64,000 nt of DNA from a virus, in IMG/VR virus record IMGVR_UViG_3300005253_000070; one strand, 5' to 3'. Below the pieces are notes generated by a model. That model searched no databases. It worked only from the letters and a program-made list of their open reading frames with translations, and was not told where the DNA came from. Positions within the stretch are counted from its first letter, which is position 1. Each line of letters opens with the position of its first letter. The position numbers were made by a program, and so were the translations under genes. Below are positions 23,854-33,712 of this stretch, one piece after another.

Positions 23854-26225
23854 AAGACGACCACCACGAGAGCAAGTTTCCTGCAGCGCACAACTGTCAC
23901 GACTGTCCACTTCGAGATACCCCCGGTATGGTGGGTCGCGGCGTAATCGATGAGACGACGGGGCGTGTCAACGTCCTCATCATCGGTGAGGGTCCTGGGC
24001 GTGAGGAGGTTAGAAAGAAGCAAGTATTCATCGGACCAAGTGGAGCTCTTCTGTACAAGACGATGCGAAGCATCAATCTTGGATCCTCCTTCTGGCTCAC
24101 AAACTCAGCCCTGTGTGCAAGCAAGGACGCAAAAGAGAAGCGAGCAGCATCCCTCTGTTGTGAGGATAGGCTTAGACATACAATAGCAGAACTCAGACCA
24201 CGCATCATCATGACTCTCGGCAACATTCCAACTGACATCTTGCTTGGGAAGGGTGAGGGGATAACGGCTAGGCGTGGTTCCGTAAACAAGGTACAGATCA
24301 CGAAGGAGTTCTCAACCATTGTCGTACCAACAGTGCATCCTGCTGCTGTCCTAAGAAACAACAACTGGCTAACTGACTTCGAAAGCGACTTCATACGTGT
24401 GTCACGAATACTGTTTGGGAAGTACAAGGTAAGCCTAGAAAGTAAAGAGGTAGAGTACACAGTTACGGCAGACTATCCAATGGTGCTTGCTGAAGCAGAA
24501 AGAAGCGTCTTCGCTGTGCTTGACTTGGAAACCACAGGGTTAGATATGACTCGCGATCGTCTGCTGTGCGCCGTAGTAGCCACAGACTGGCATGTTTACA
24601 TCATCGAAAAGAGAGTGATGTACTCACCCTGGTTCGCAAATGCCCTGGAGCATTGCACAGCCAGGTGGAGCGGTCACAATGCCAAGTTCGATCGAAACTT
24701 TTTGATAAAGCAGATCGGCTGCTACGTAGATTTCGCATACGACTCCATGTTGGCTCACTACCTATTTGATGAGAGACAGGGAAATCAAGGACTCAAGAAC
24801 ATTTGCCGTAGACTGTGGAGTGCTCCCGACTGGGAGGCCCCTGTTCGTAGCATGCTAAAGAGAAGAGAGATCAAGGACTACGGCGATCTTCCGCTCGACC
24901 TGCTGTACAAGTATGCAGCCCACGATGGCTACTGGCAGAGAAGATTAACCATTTACACAGGCAAGTTGCTTCTCAAGGACAGCAAAAAGAAGTGGGTATT
25001 TGATACTCTGCTCATGCCTGGAAGCCGTGCCCTTTCGCAGGCAGAGGTTAGGGGTGTAAAGGTCGATCAGGAAGCGCTTGAGCCACTGAAGGAGAGATAC
25101 GAGGAGGTGCGAAAAGCCAAGGAGATGGAGCTCATTTGCATAGCAGGGAGAGACTTCAATGCCCGATCCCCACAGCAAGTAGCCGAGATCATGTTTGATG
25201 AGCTAAACCTTCCGAAGCTCAATGGACGGTCGACAGCGGCTAAAACCGTGTTGCTTAGGTATCCCTTTCCCAGACACCCATTCGTAGAAACGCTGCTTGA
25301 CTATCGGGAGGTGGACACGCTCTTGACCAGATACATCAACGGCTTGATTAAGAACATCTCCCCAGATGGCTACGTCCATTCCTCCTTTAGCCTAAGTGGC
25401 ACAGTCACAGGGCGGCTGTCCTCCAGCAAACCTAATTTGCAGAATCAGCCCAGTCGTGTGCCCTCTGCGAAGAAGGACATTCGCGATCTGTTCATTGCCG
25501 AGCCTGGCGACGTTTGGTGCGATTGTGACTTCAGTCAGCTCGAGTACCGAATGATTGCAGTCTTGTCACAAGACCCGTATCTACTGCAGTGCTACAAGGA
25601 GGGCAAGGATTTCCACGCTGAAATGGCAGAGATGATCTGGGGTCCCGACTGGACAAAGGCTAATAGAACGGATGCGAAAGGAATCAACTTCGGCCTTGCT
25701 TACGGACGATCGGTTAAGGGCATCATGTCAGATGGCACACTGGACATCGACTACAACACAGCCCTTCGGGTGGCAAGCACGTTCTTCAAGCGCATGCCAG
25801 GCGTAGTGCGCTTTAATGCAGAGACAAGAGGTTTCGTCAAGACACACAGGTATGTGGAGACCCCACTAGGCCGTGTGCGTAGATTTCCTGAAGTTGCTCT
25901 GGCCAAGAATGAGTGGCAAATGGGTCGCATCTACCGAGAAGCAATCAACATGCTACCCCAGAGCACAGCGAGTGATGCAACACTGTATGCGTTCATCAAC
26001 CTACACAAGCGCGGCTTTGATGTGAGAATCACTGTTCACGATTCGATCGTTGTCTCCGCGCCGGCTGACCAGGTAGAGCACGCCGCCAGGAATCAGATGA
26101 GCATCATGTCTAAGAGTGCTGCTGAGCTGTTCGGTGACCAAATCCCATTCCCCACAGATGCACAGATCGGAAAGCGATGGGGATCCTTGAAAGAATTGAA
26201 AATGACACAAGGAGGAGAAACGTGA
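23850..26225 (+). CDS. family-4 UDG-like domain fused to family A DNA polymerase (3'-5' exo + pol)
   Basis: N-terminus: CHDCPL, IIGEGPGREE, FIGPSG and VHPAAVL (UDG4 motifs). Exonuclease: VLDLETTGL, HNAKFD, YAAHDG. Polymerase: DFSQLEYRM, RTDAKGINFGLAYG, VHDSIV. Confidence 0.9.
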   Translation: MKDDHHESKFPAAHNCHDCPLRDTPGMVGRGVIDETTGRVNVLIIGEGPGREEVRKKQVFIGPSGALLYKTMRSINLGSSFWLTNSALCASKDAKEKRAASLCCEDRLRHTIAELRPRIIMTLGNIPTDILLGKGEGITARRGSVNKVQITKEFSTIVVPTVHPAAVLRNNNWLTDFESDFIRVSRILFGKYKVSLESKEVEYTVTADYPMVLAEAERSVFAVLDLETTGLDMTRDRLLCAVVATDWHVYIIEKRVMYSPWFANALEHCTARWSGHNAKFDRNFLIKQIGCYVDFAYDSMLAHYLFDERQGNQGLKNICRRLWSAPDWEAPVRSMLKRREIKDYGDLPLDLLYKYAAHDGYWQRRLTIYTGKLLLKDSKKKWVFDTLLMPGSRALSQAEVRGVKVDQEALEPLKERYEEVRKAKEMELICIAGRDFNARSPQQVAEIMFDELNLPKLNGRSTAAKTVLLRYPFPRHPFVETLLDYREVDTLLTRYINGLIKNISPDGYVHSSFSLSGTVTGRLSSSKPNLQNQPSRVPSAKKDIRDLFIAEPGDVWCDCDFSQLEYRMIAVLSQDPYLLQCYKEGKDFHAEMAEMIWGPDWTKANRTDAKGINFGLAYGRSVKGIMSDGTLDIDYNTALRVASTFFKRMPGVVRFNAETRGFVKTHRYVETPLGRVRRFPEVALAKNEWQMGRIYREAINMLPQSTASDATLYAFINLHKRGFDVRITVHDSIVVSAPADQVEHAARNQMSIMSKSAAELFGDQIPFPTDAQIGKRWGSLKELKMTQGGET

Positions 26226-26527
26226 GCGAATTACAACTACTTGAACTTCAGAATCTTCCGATACTGACAAAGGTGGAACGGCTGTGTATTCGATCTGATG
26301 TCAGATATCTGTTGATTCATGGTGATTGTCGCTATGCCCGAGCGAAAGACAACGAGCATCTCTGGCGCTTCGAGGCCACCCTATGCAAACTCGAAGCCGA
26401 TCTCGCTAAGATGACAAAGGATCGAGACGCATGCGAGAAAGAGGTTGCCAGCTTGAAGGAGTGCGTAGCCAAGTTCATCTATGAGGAGAATGGAAATGAA
26501 CATCGGACACGGGAAAATGTGGGATGA
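26222..26527 (+). CDS. hypothetical coiled-coil protein
   Basis: GTG at 26222 follows AAGGAGGAG and overlaps the polymerase stop. In frame with track ORF 26177..26527. Confidence 0.5.
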   Translation: MSELQLLELQNLPILTKVERLCIRSDVRYLLIHGDCRYARAKDNEHLWRFEATLCKLEADLAKMTKDRDACEKEVASLKECVAKFIYEENGNEHRTRENVG

Positions 26528-26937
26528 TCGTCCTATCCATCGATCCGGGGGAAACAACTGGGTATGCCATATGCGACTCTAGTCAGATGAGTCAGGAGAG
26601 AATGCCAGCCCTGATAGAGACGGGAATTCTATCAAGGTGGAGAGGACTTAGATCTCGCATAGAGGAGCACACTCCTGATGTCATCGTCGCCGAGAAGTTT
26701 GTCCTGTATGCTGGACGAGCGAAGATGCTCAACCATAGCACCCTCGTCGTCGTGCGTGTTCTTGGTGTCATTCAGTATCTAGCAGAAGAGATGGGCATAC
26801 GACTCGTGGAGCAGTTGGCATCGGTTGGTAAGAGCGCCCATCTTCCAGCAGAGATCCTAAAAGAATGCCGAGAGGAGCACATAAGAGATGCTCTGCGACA
26901 CACGCTGGCGTATCTCAGATCGATTGGAGAATCATGA
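26524..26937 (+). CDS. RuvC-like Holliday junction resolvase
   Basis: 137 aa with IVLSIDPGETTGYAI, VIVAEKFVLY and HIRDALRH, which is the RuvC-fold acidic motif order. Confidence 0.7.
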   Translation: MIVLSIDPGETTGYAICDSSQMSQERMPALIETGILSRWRGLRSRIEEHTPDVIVAEKFVLYAGRAKMLNHSTLVVVRVLGVIQYLAEEMGIRLVEQLASVGKSAHLPAEILKECREEHIRDALRHTLAYLRSIGES

Positions 26938-28556
26938 TAGACCTTCTTCCTCGTCTTGGACGGCGCACAGCCAAGCTGGTCATCCGCTCTGGTGGCCTTC
27001 CCACGTTCAAAGCGCTTGAAGACATCACAGGGGTGGCGTACAACAACAAGTCAAGTGTAGCCTTCTTTCCCCGTGAAACACGGATGTTAGAGCTGATGCT
27101 CAAGGCCGCACCCCTGCCCCTGTCTGAATCCGTACAGCTTTGGTATGACTTTGAGATTGGTATGGAGAAGGAGTCTGCTGCCCTCCTTCTACAGGAAGAT
27201 GTGGAGCTCGCACACGAGAAGGCGTCCATCCTCAGGAAGTACCAGAGGATCGGAGTCGACTTCATGGTGCATGGCTGTCGCACTCTCATGTGCGACGAGA
27301 TGGGGCTAGGTAAGACCGCCCAGACTATCGTAGCCGTGGAGACAACAAGGTTTCACCGCAGCATGATGGTCGTCTGCCCAAACTCTGTCAAGTATCAGTG
27401 GCAGGAAGAGATCTTGAAATGGACACAGTGTGATCAGCCCATCACTGTGATTGAGTGGAAGAATCGAGTAGAGCAGCTCGAGTCCTATGCGGGAGGCTGG
27501 TTGATTCTCAACTACCACAACTTCCGATCGGACACGGCCTTCCAATCCATGGGCTACTGGGATTGGGTCATCTTCGATGAAGCACACAAGCTCAAGAACA
27601 GGAAGTCGCAAACATTTTCTGCTGCCAAAGCAATGAAATCCAAGCGCATGGCCCTCCTGACTGGGACACCAACCGGAAACGATGTCTCCGAGGTATGGGC
27701 TCTCCTGCATCTACTCAATCCAATGAGGTATACGTCCTTCTGGCGATTCTTCGAGATGTACGTGGGCTACTATCAAGACTATTTCGGAGCCAGAAAAATC
27801 TTTGGGGTTCGGAATCCGGAGCTGCTCAGAAGAGAACTGTCGACGAGGATGGTTCAACGAAAGAAGAAGGATGTGCTGCCAGAGCTACCTGCAAAGATCC
27901 ACCAAACTGTCCCTGTGCAGATGACCAAGACACAGAAGAGGACTTACGATCGCATGGCTAAGGAAGCAGCCATCCTCATGACGAGCGGAGAACTCCTGAC
28001 AGCGGTGAATCAGATGGCTGTGCTAATGAGGCTGCGGCAAATCCTTAGCACCACAGCAAACTTCGATCTCCCTGACCACTCTGGAAAACTTGATGCTGCT
28101 GTCGAGCTCATTCAGAACGCGGGCAAGAAGGTGATCGTTTTCACCGTCTTCCGCAAAACAGTCATGGCCGTGCTTCGTCGCCTAGACGTTGCTGGAATCA
28201 AGAGTGTTCGTATCATGGGAGGTGTGTCTGCAGAGGATAGACAGCTAGCCAAGCAGGCCATCAATACAAGCGACACACAGGTCCTCGTGTGCACGATCAA
28301 AAGCGGAGGCCTTGGACTCAATCTCCAGGGAGCCTCCGTAGGCATATTCGTCGAAAAGGAATGGAATCCGATAGACCAGGCCCAAGCAGAGGACAGGATG
28401 CATCGAATAGGACAAACAGAGACAGTGCACATCATCAGTCTCATCTGCCAGGGAACAGTCGATGAGTCTGTTGAGCGCTTGCTTGCAAAGAAGCAGAGAA
28501 TGACCGACGAAATACTGAAAGAAACCTTGTTTGCAGAGCTTAGAAAGTATACCTAG
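26934..28556 (+). CDS. SNF2-family helicase
   Basis: ATG at 26934 overlaps the upstream stop (ATGA). Motifs DEMGLGKTAQTI, FDEAHKLKN, LTGTP and QAEDRMHRIGQ. Confidence 0.9.
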   Translation: MIDLLPRLGRRTAKLVIRSGGLPTFKALEDITGVAYNNKSSVAFFPRETRMLELMLKAAPLPLSESVQLWYDFEIGMEKESAALLLQEDVELAHEKASILRKYQRIGVDFMVHGCRTLMCDEMGLGKTAQTIVAVETTRFHRSMMVVCPNSVKYQWQEEILKWTQCDQPITVIEWKNRVEQLESYAGGWLILNYHNFRSDTAFQSMGYWDWVIFDEAHKLKNRKSQTFSAAKAMKSKRMALLTGTPTGNDVSEVWALLHLLNPMRYTSFWRFFEMYVGYYQDYFGARKIFGVRNPELLRRELSTRMVQRKKKDVLPELPAKIHQTVPVQMTKTQKRTYDRMAKEAAILMTSGELLTAVNQMAVLMRLRQILSTTANFDLPDHSGKLDAAVELIQNAGKKVIVFTVFRKTVMAVLRRLDVAGIKSVRIMGGVSAEDRQLAKQAINTSDTQVLVCTIKSGGLGLNLQGASVGIFVEKEWNPIDQAQAEDRMHRIGQTETVHIISLICQGTVDESVERLLAKKQRMTDEILKETLFAELRKYT

Positions 28557-28562
28557 AGACCC

Positions 28563-28829
28563 TCACGGCCTTAACCATGCACCGATTCCAATCAGCGCAG
28601 CGGCAAGCATCTCTATGGTTGCCTCTCTCCTCCTAACCTTGTCTAGGTCTCTTGTCTTCCTTCCAAGCCTATCAATGTCTTTTTGGTTATGCTCAACCTG
28701 CACTTGCATGCGAATCAGAATGTCATGATCGGCTACTATGGAATCTAGCTTCCTGTCTATTTCTTTGAGCTGACTACCGAGGACAGCAACGGTCACCCGA
28801 CCGTTGTTTGCCTTTTGTCCATCCGTCAT
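28563..28829 (-). CDS. small coiled-coil protein with C-terminal TM helix (XhlA/holin-like, tentative)
   Basis: ATG at 28829 follows GAGGT, 9 nt after the upstream stop, and is in frame with track ORF 28563..28955. Has a charged coiled-coil segment and then IEMLAAALIGIGAWL. Confidence 0.5.
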   Translation of the reverse strand: MTDGQKANNGRVTVAVLGSQLKEIDRKLDSIVADHDILIRMQVQVEHNQKDIDRLGRKTRDLDKVRRREATIEMLAAALIGIGAWLRP

Positions 28830-28837
28830 TGATACCT

Positions 28838-29209
28838 CTATTTCGGTTTCTCTTCCATCTCCACCTCTGGTGCATTCAAAATCCTGCCGATCATCACCAA
28901 GTCCACCTCGCCAAAGCCTTTCAGTTTGCCAATGATCCGCTTCAGCATGTCCCACTCGACCGTCTCCAGTAGCAGGCTGGTGTCCCCTGCTGCACTTGCA
29001 GCGTAGAACTTTTTAACGAGCTCAGACGCAGCCATCAGCTCTGTAGGTGAATGACCAGCGGCATTTGCATAGAGGTGCTGCTTTAGCCACAGACATCCTT
29101 CTACGGTTCGACGAGCGGTGAATTTCTCAAACTGCCCCGAGACTTGGTGAACTCGAGTTGACTCGAGTGTAACATCGTAGTCCGCGAACTCAATCTTTCG
29201 TGCCTGCAT
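28838..29209 (-). CDS. hypothetical protein
   Basis: 123 aa, AGGAGG 6 nt before the ATG. Confidence 0.5.
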   Translation of the reverse strand: MQARKIEFADYDVTLESTRVHQVSGQFEKFTARRTVEGCLWLKQHLYANAAGHSPTELMAASELVKKFYAASAAGDTSLLLETVEWDMLKRIIGKLKGFGEVDLVMIGRILNAPEVEMEEKPK

Positions 29210-29380
29210 GTTAGCCCTCCTGAGGTTTCTGTGTGGAATCCTATATTCATAGAGCTTAGTTCGATTGGCTAGATGCTTAAACCTCCTTGCTTAGCCAGCA
29301 TTTCATGGGTAACTTTAAGATTTTCTCGAGAAATCTCGAGCTTTTTATGGCCAGGTGGCCATGTTAGTCTCCTTGATACT

Positions 29381-29602
29381 TTACCAGGTGCCCATCTCTG
29401 CGTCGACGATTACGGCCCCCGCGTCGTGCTGCGTGTTCGCCAGGTCCGTTCTGACGATGCCCTTCCACCAGCCGAATGTCACCTGCTTCGCGAACTGGGC
29501 CTTGGTCAGTTCTCCTGCCGGGTCCCAGCCATACTGATTGGCAATCGCGTCCAGTAGCAACGCGAGCTTTGCATCCGGTATCGTGATCGTGATGTCTGTC
29601 AA
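29381..29602 (-). CDS. hypothetical protein (TTG start)
   Basis: TTG at 29602 follows GGAGG, 10 nt after the fibre-gene stop. In frame with track ORF 29381..29647. Confidence 0.45.
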   Translation of the reverse strand: MTDITITIPDAKLALLLDAIANQYGWDPAGELTKAQFAKQVTFGWWKGIVRTDLANTQHDAGAVIVDAEMGTW

Positions 29603-29612
29603 GTGTCCTCCC

Positions 29613-32069
29613 TTATGCGTTCGCGTAGAGAGCCAAACGATAGACAACGCCGTTGAGCTCTACACGCACACTCTGTGTCGAGTTCGTCGCGCCAGTGATA
29701 ACGCCGCGAGCTGAGGCGATAAAATTGATCGCGCCCTCAGAGATGTCTGCCTGGTCAAGAGCCAGCACTGGAATGGCAGCGGAACTGTTAGATTGGTCAA
29801 TGTGAAGATGGGCCAGAGGAGCGTTAACGTTCATACCAATCCACCCGTTGGTGGGCTGAACTACCACCCATGTATCGGCGCCTTCACTAATTCTAAACTT
29901 ATCACCGTCTATGCCCCGAACCTGAAGCTTCCACTCTACTGCGTCATTAGCAATTTCGATGGCCGGATTCGAGTTTACATCTGTAGCGGTGAGCTGAATA
30001 GTTCCAGTTGCGGCATAGACATCTAACAGGTTGACTGGTGCCCTACCGATGCCTACTTTACCTGCTGTATCTAGAATAATGCCTTCATTGAAAGCTACTT
30101 CTGCACCTTGAGCTATGCCACTATCGTACTTGACGTGAAATAGATCGCCAGATTTCTGAACCACAAAGTTTGATCCGATATCACTACTTTTCCAGGCCCC
30201 GTCCCAGTAAGCGTCAAAACCTATATGAACGGAATCATGTGCGTAGTTTAGTATCTGCATAAGAGGATAACTATTAGGTGATGTAGTGAACTGTAAGTGT
30301 GGTCCATCTACATGGCTATCTCTACCCTCAATGGCAAACCTCGCTGCCCCGATGCCTCCTTTAGGAATTGTTGATAGGTTAATGCCAACACGTCCATCGG
30401 TTAAGAGTGCAAGGACTGGATCGTAAATACCGGCAATAAAACCGTCACCCATTGACGAAAACTTGAGCAAGCCCGATTGGGTATTTAACCTCCAATTACG
30501 CAAGCCCGATGCGGCTCCCGTTACAGCAAAGTCTATGTTAGTTCCCGAAGTGGCTTCAAGGAGCTGGCGAACACTTGTTGCGCCCTTTACATGGAAGTAG
30601 GCGCTAGGATACGTTCCAAAGCCGACCGAGCCTGCTGTAGTGATATACACTACAGGGTTAGCAGCAAGGTTTGCCCCAGCAGCTATAACAAAAGCATTAG
30701 AGACATCGTTGTCGATGCCTGTTGACCAGCTTTGCCCTCCTGTGAGCAAATAGCGAATGGCTGCATCGCCGACGCCATCTTGTTCTATGCGTATAGCCGG
30801 AACTATGTCAGCATTGTTCTCATATAGATGATAGTTAGTCAGAGGAATGTCAATACCACTCCCTATCAGCCCTACACTGTCTATCATTAACCGATTGGCT
30901 AGAACACCGTTATTCCGTGTCTGAAATCTAATAGCTCCAGACGCGGCCCCAGCGATGCTAGTAAGCTCTCCAAATATCTTAGCAAGAGAAGCATCTACAA
31001 GAATGCCAGAGGCAAAGCGCATACCTGCTTGTGTGCCTACAGTAGTCCCGGTGTTTTGAAGCGCAAGCAAAATCAGGTCAGCGCCATCATTTAGACCAGC
31101 GATATGGAGGGGATCAGCGGGGTCAGCAATGCCTATGCCCACTTGGTCGGTTAGGGTAGTCGGGTAGAGTTCTCCGTTTGCTACGTCTCTAGTCCAGTGG
31201 GACCCTATTACGGGCAGGTCTGCAGCAACAAGAGCCCTGAATGTAGGTGCCAGTGGCCCGCCGCCATCAGGGCCAGCAAAGACCAAGTTATCGGCCTGTG
31301 TATCTAAGGAGAGGGCTTGACCAACGATACCAAGTAGGTTAGCTGCCAAGTCAGCATCGATGGTCACGACGGGCTGATGGTCTGCAGCGCCCACACCGCC
31401 GAGCTGGGCATGCTGCACCTGTGCCCAATCAGCGTCTGTGCCATCAGACCCGAAGTAGGTATCGACTACACCGACTAGGACCTCTCCCCATGCAGGGGTA
31501 GCGTTCCCAACCATGACGCTGCCCTGCGTGACAGCGGAAGCCGCAGAGTCCGTATGCGTGGCACTCAGGATGTGATGAGTCGTCCCGACAACAGGAGGTA
31601 TAAGAGCACCACTGCCAGCAGCAGGAATCCCCAAGATCATGACGGCTAGGGTTCCTGTGCCTGCCTCCATAGCTACACCGAGGATTGATTCCGGCTCCTC
31701 CCCTCCTACCAGGGGCTTCCCTAGCTTGTTCGTAGCAGAGGTCACAATCAGATTCCCTGTGACCACAGCGGGGCCATCACAGGTGATGAGCTCTACTCCA
31801 GCACCTGGGTGGTAGCACTTGATGACTTCTCCGTCTGCCCCTCCAATCTGAATGACCAGGGGATTAGCATCTCCTGCCTTGGTAGCAAAGATGACAGAGC
31901 GATCGGAAGTAGGATCTACAACGACAACATCACCAGTCACCACGTCTGCACCAGTGGCATTGGTCATGTTTATCGAGGGGGATTCATAGGGTTCGCGTGA
32001 GTGCCTACGATGTCGTTCTCTAACGATCTCCCTGCTGATGAGCGCATCTCTCTTCCTGCGTGGAGGCAT
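29613..32069 (-). CDS. tail fibre / receptor-binding protein candidate
   Basis: 818 aa, G/A/T/V-rich beta-type sequence. It is the last large gene of the tail module and shares a TAATG overlap with the upstream gene. Confidence 0.6.
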   Translation of the reverse strand: MPPRRKRDALISREIVRERHRRHSREPYESPSINMTNATGADVVTGDVVVVDPTSDRSVIFATKAGDANPLVIQIGGADGEVIKCYHPGAGVELITCDGPAVVTGNLIVTSATNKLGKPLVGGEEPESILGVAMEAGTGTLAVMILGIPAAGSGALIPPVVGTTHHILSATHTDSAASAVTQGSVMVGNATPAWGEVLVGVVDTYFGSDGTDADWAQVQHAQLGGVGAADHQPVVTIDADLAANLLGIVGQALSLDTQADNLVFAGPDGGGPLAPTFRALVAADLPVIGSHWTRDVANGELYPTTLTDQVGIGIADPADPLHIAGLNDGADLILLALQNTGTTVGTQAGMRFASGILVDASLAKIFGELTSIAGAASGAIRFQTRNNGVLANRLMIDSVGLIGSGIDIPLTNYHLYENNADIVPAIRIEQDGVGDAAIRYLLTGGQSWSTGIDNDVSNAFVIAAGANLAANPVVYITTAGSVGFGTYPSAYFHVKGATSVRQLLEATSGTNIDFAVTGAASGLRNWRLNTQSGLLKFSSMGDGFIAGIYDPVLALLTDGRVGINLSTIPKGGIGAARFAIEGRDSHVDGPHLQFTTSPNSYPLMQILNYAHDSVHIGFDAYWDGAWKSSDIGSNFVVQKSGDLFHVKYDSGIAQGAEVAFNEGIILDTAGKVGIGRAPVNLLDVYAATGTIQLTATDVNSNPAIEIANDAVEWKLQVRGIDGDKFRISEGADTWVVVQPTNGWIGMNVNAPLAHLHIDQSNSSAAIPVLALDQADISEGAINFIASARGVITGATNSTQSVRVELNGVVYRLALYANA

Positions 32070-33712
32070 TAGTAGTCTTCCAGTCTAGGATAGATGAAGA
32101 ACACAGGTTCCACTGTGATTCCAGTTTCTCGGTTCAGCTTCTCTCGAACAGCCACGATCCTCATGTCGAATACACCACCGTGAGTGTACTCACCTGTGCA
32201 GATGTCACCCAAGTTCCACTTACTCCCGTAGCTCAGGACCTCTTTCGGTGCCGATCGCAGCTCAAATAGGCGAACAAGTCCATGCTCCACGTTATAGGCG
32301 TCACCAAGAGCTGCAAGTGATGCTAGAGATGTCTCTTTGGATGCTTCGATGAAGGTTTCTATCCTGTTCCAAGGAGAGTCCTCATCTCTGCTGGCGATGT
32401 TTGTGCGCACAAGTATCTCTCGATCAGCTCCTATCCCCTCTCCGCCCACATAGGTCACTGTTATTTCGTCGACGCGGTCTTCCTCGTATGCTGGCTCGAC
32501 GAGAGTAGCGCGGTCGATCGACCATACCATCTCTGGCCAACCCTGTACTCCATTCCTTCGTCTGTCTTTGCCCTTGAAGGGATAGAAAACGTCGAAGTCG
32601 ATGTAAGCCCCGTTTTGATTTATGTCCCAATCCGCCCCCTCTCCTACTTGTGCCAAGTTTTCGAGCTCCTCATGCACAGGCGTGTACCGAAAATGGAGAT
32701 TCAGAGGAACGCCAAGATGGTCGAAGGACTGAACTCGTAGCCTGGCCATCGCTCGGTCGACACCGGCAAATGAGGTTGCGTTCAACGAGATAAGATGCCG
32801 CATGGTATCTGTGAATGGACCTGAGATTGAAAAGAATGCTCTATCCGCTGGGAATGGAATGACGATTCTCCTCTTGGCCAGATGCTTTAGATCTGGTCCA
32901 GAGGACATGAACATCTGAACTCCCTTACCTGGTGGATTCCATACCTTTGTGAATCTGTGGAACCCCTCGAAGACTACCACAGGGCCTGTGCTAGATAATC
33001 TGCGGACCTGGATGATCCTATCTAGCGTGAAATCATCTACAGGCAGGAGAGAAGCTGCCCCAGTCAATCTGAACCAGCCATACCCACTGTGCCACTGCCC
33101 GTTGACAGCTCGAACGAACTCTACCTCCGTATACTGATCAATGACATGCAGTAGATTGCCATCATGATCCAAGAGGCGAATCTCATAAGGCCCGTCGAAG
33201 TCGTCGTAGTAGACGGTTACCAGGGGAGTCGGTAGGCGGATCTTGGCCATCAGGTCGAATTCTTTGACAGCCTCTATCTGCGCACGAAGGGAGAAATCGA
33301 GTTGCTGTGTGAAGGGGGCCTGAATTCTGGCTCGGAGGAATAGATGATCTTGCGTAGTTGCAGGAGCAACCTTGGTAGCAGCCAGGTAGAAGCTATCGGC
33401 ATAGAGCCACGCCAACATGTCAGAGACATCAACCTCAAGCATGACTTGTGAATGCCTCGTTGCAGCATTCGTCAAGTCAACTTCGAGCATCGCTTGAGTT
33501 GCTATACCCAAACCGTAGATGGACTCAGAAGAGATGTCCACCTCGATCATGACCTGAGTAGCCTGAGGACCAGGAATAAGCTCAACTTCAATGACCTGCT
33601 GAGTTATCTTGCGAGGAGCCTCAAGTTCTACCTCGATGACAAGCTGAGTTATCCTGCGAGGAGCCTCAAGTTCTACCTCGATGACAAGCTGAGTGATCCT
33701 CGGATCGGCCAC
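32069..33712 (-). CDS. tail/baseplate structural protein with N-terminal 15-aa repeats
   Basis: 547 aa with six units of the type ITQLVIEVELEAPRR at the N-terminus. Located between the ConA-like paralogs and the fibre gene. Confidence 0.6.
   Translation of the reverse strand: MADPRITQLVIEVELEAPRRITQLVIEVELEAPRKITQQVIEVELIPGPQATQVMIEVDISSESIYGLGIATQAMLEVDLTNAATRHSQVMLEVDVSDMLAWLYADSFYLAATKVAPATTQDHLFLRARIQAPFTQQLDFSLRAQIEAVKEFDLMAKIRLPTPLVTVYYDDFDGPYEIRLLDHDGNLLHVIDQYTEVEFVRAVNGQWHSGYGWFRLTGAASLLPVDDFTLDRIIQVRRLSSTGPVVVFEGFHRFTKVWNPPGKGVQMFMSSGPDLKHLAKRRIVIPFPADRAFFSISGPFTDTMRHLISLNATSFAGVDRAMARLRVQSFDHLGVPLNLHFRYTPVHEELENLAQVGEGADWDINQNGAYIDFDVFYPFKGKDRRRNGVQGWPEMVWSIDRATLVEPAYEEDRVDEITVTYVGGEGIGADREILVRTNIASRDEDSPWNRIETFIEASKETSLASLAALGDAYNVEHGLVRLFELRSAPKEVLSYGSKWNLGDICTGEYTHGGVFDMRIVAVREKLNRETGITVEPVFFIYPRLEDY
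33611..33700 (-). repeat. 2 x 45-bp near-perfect tandem repeat inside the 547-aa gene
   Basis: 33611-33655 and 33656-33700 differ at one base. They encode ITQLVIEVELEAPR(R/K). Confidence 0.9.

Noticed and set aside
23897-24460. 187-aa - ORF
   Set aside because: It lies antisense inside the UDG-PolA gene, which has complete motif sets.
28557-28562. Bidirectional terminator at the convergence point of the two arms
   Set aside because: Only 6 nt separate the two stop codons, and no hairpin is visible in the flanking 40 nt.
29320-29365. Two small palindromes (CTCGAG-AAAT-CTCGAG and ATGGCCA-GG-TGGCCAT) in the 171-nt gap between late genes
   Set aside because: The stems are only 6-7 bp. On the transcribed (- strand) they are followed by A-runs, not U-runs, so they are not convincing terminators. 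The only T-run lies on the non-transcribed strand.
28563-29602. Endolysin or complete lysis cassette
   Set aside because: The three small ORFs after the fibre gene show no muramidase, amidase or peptidase motifs. Only the last has a holin/XhlA-like TM tail. The endolysin is probably outside the window, so no lysis cassette is called.
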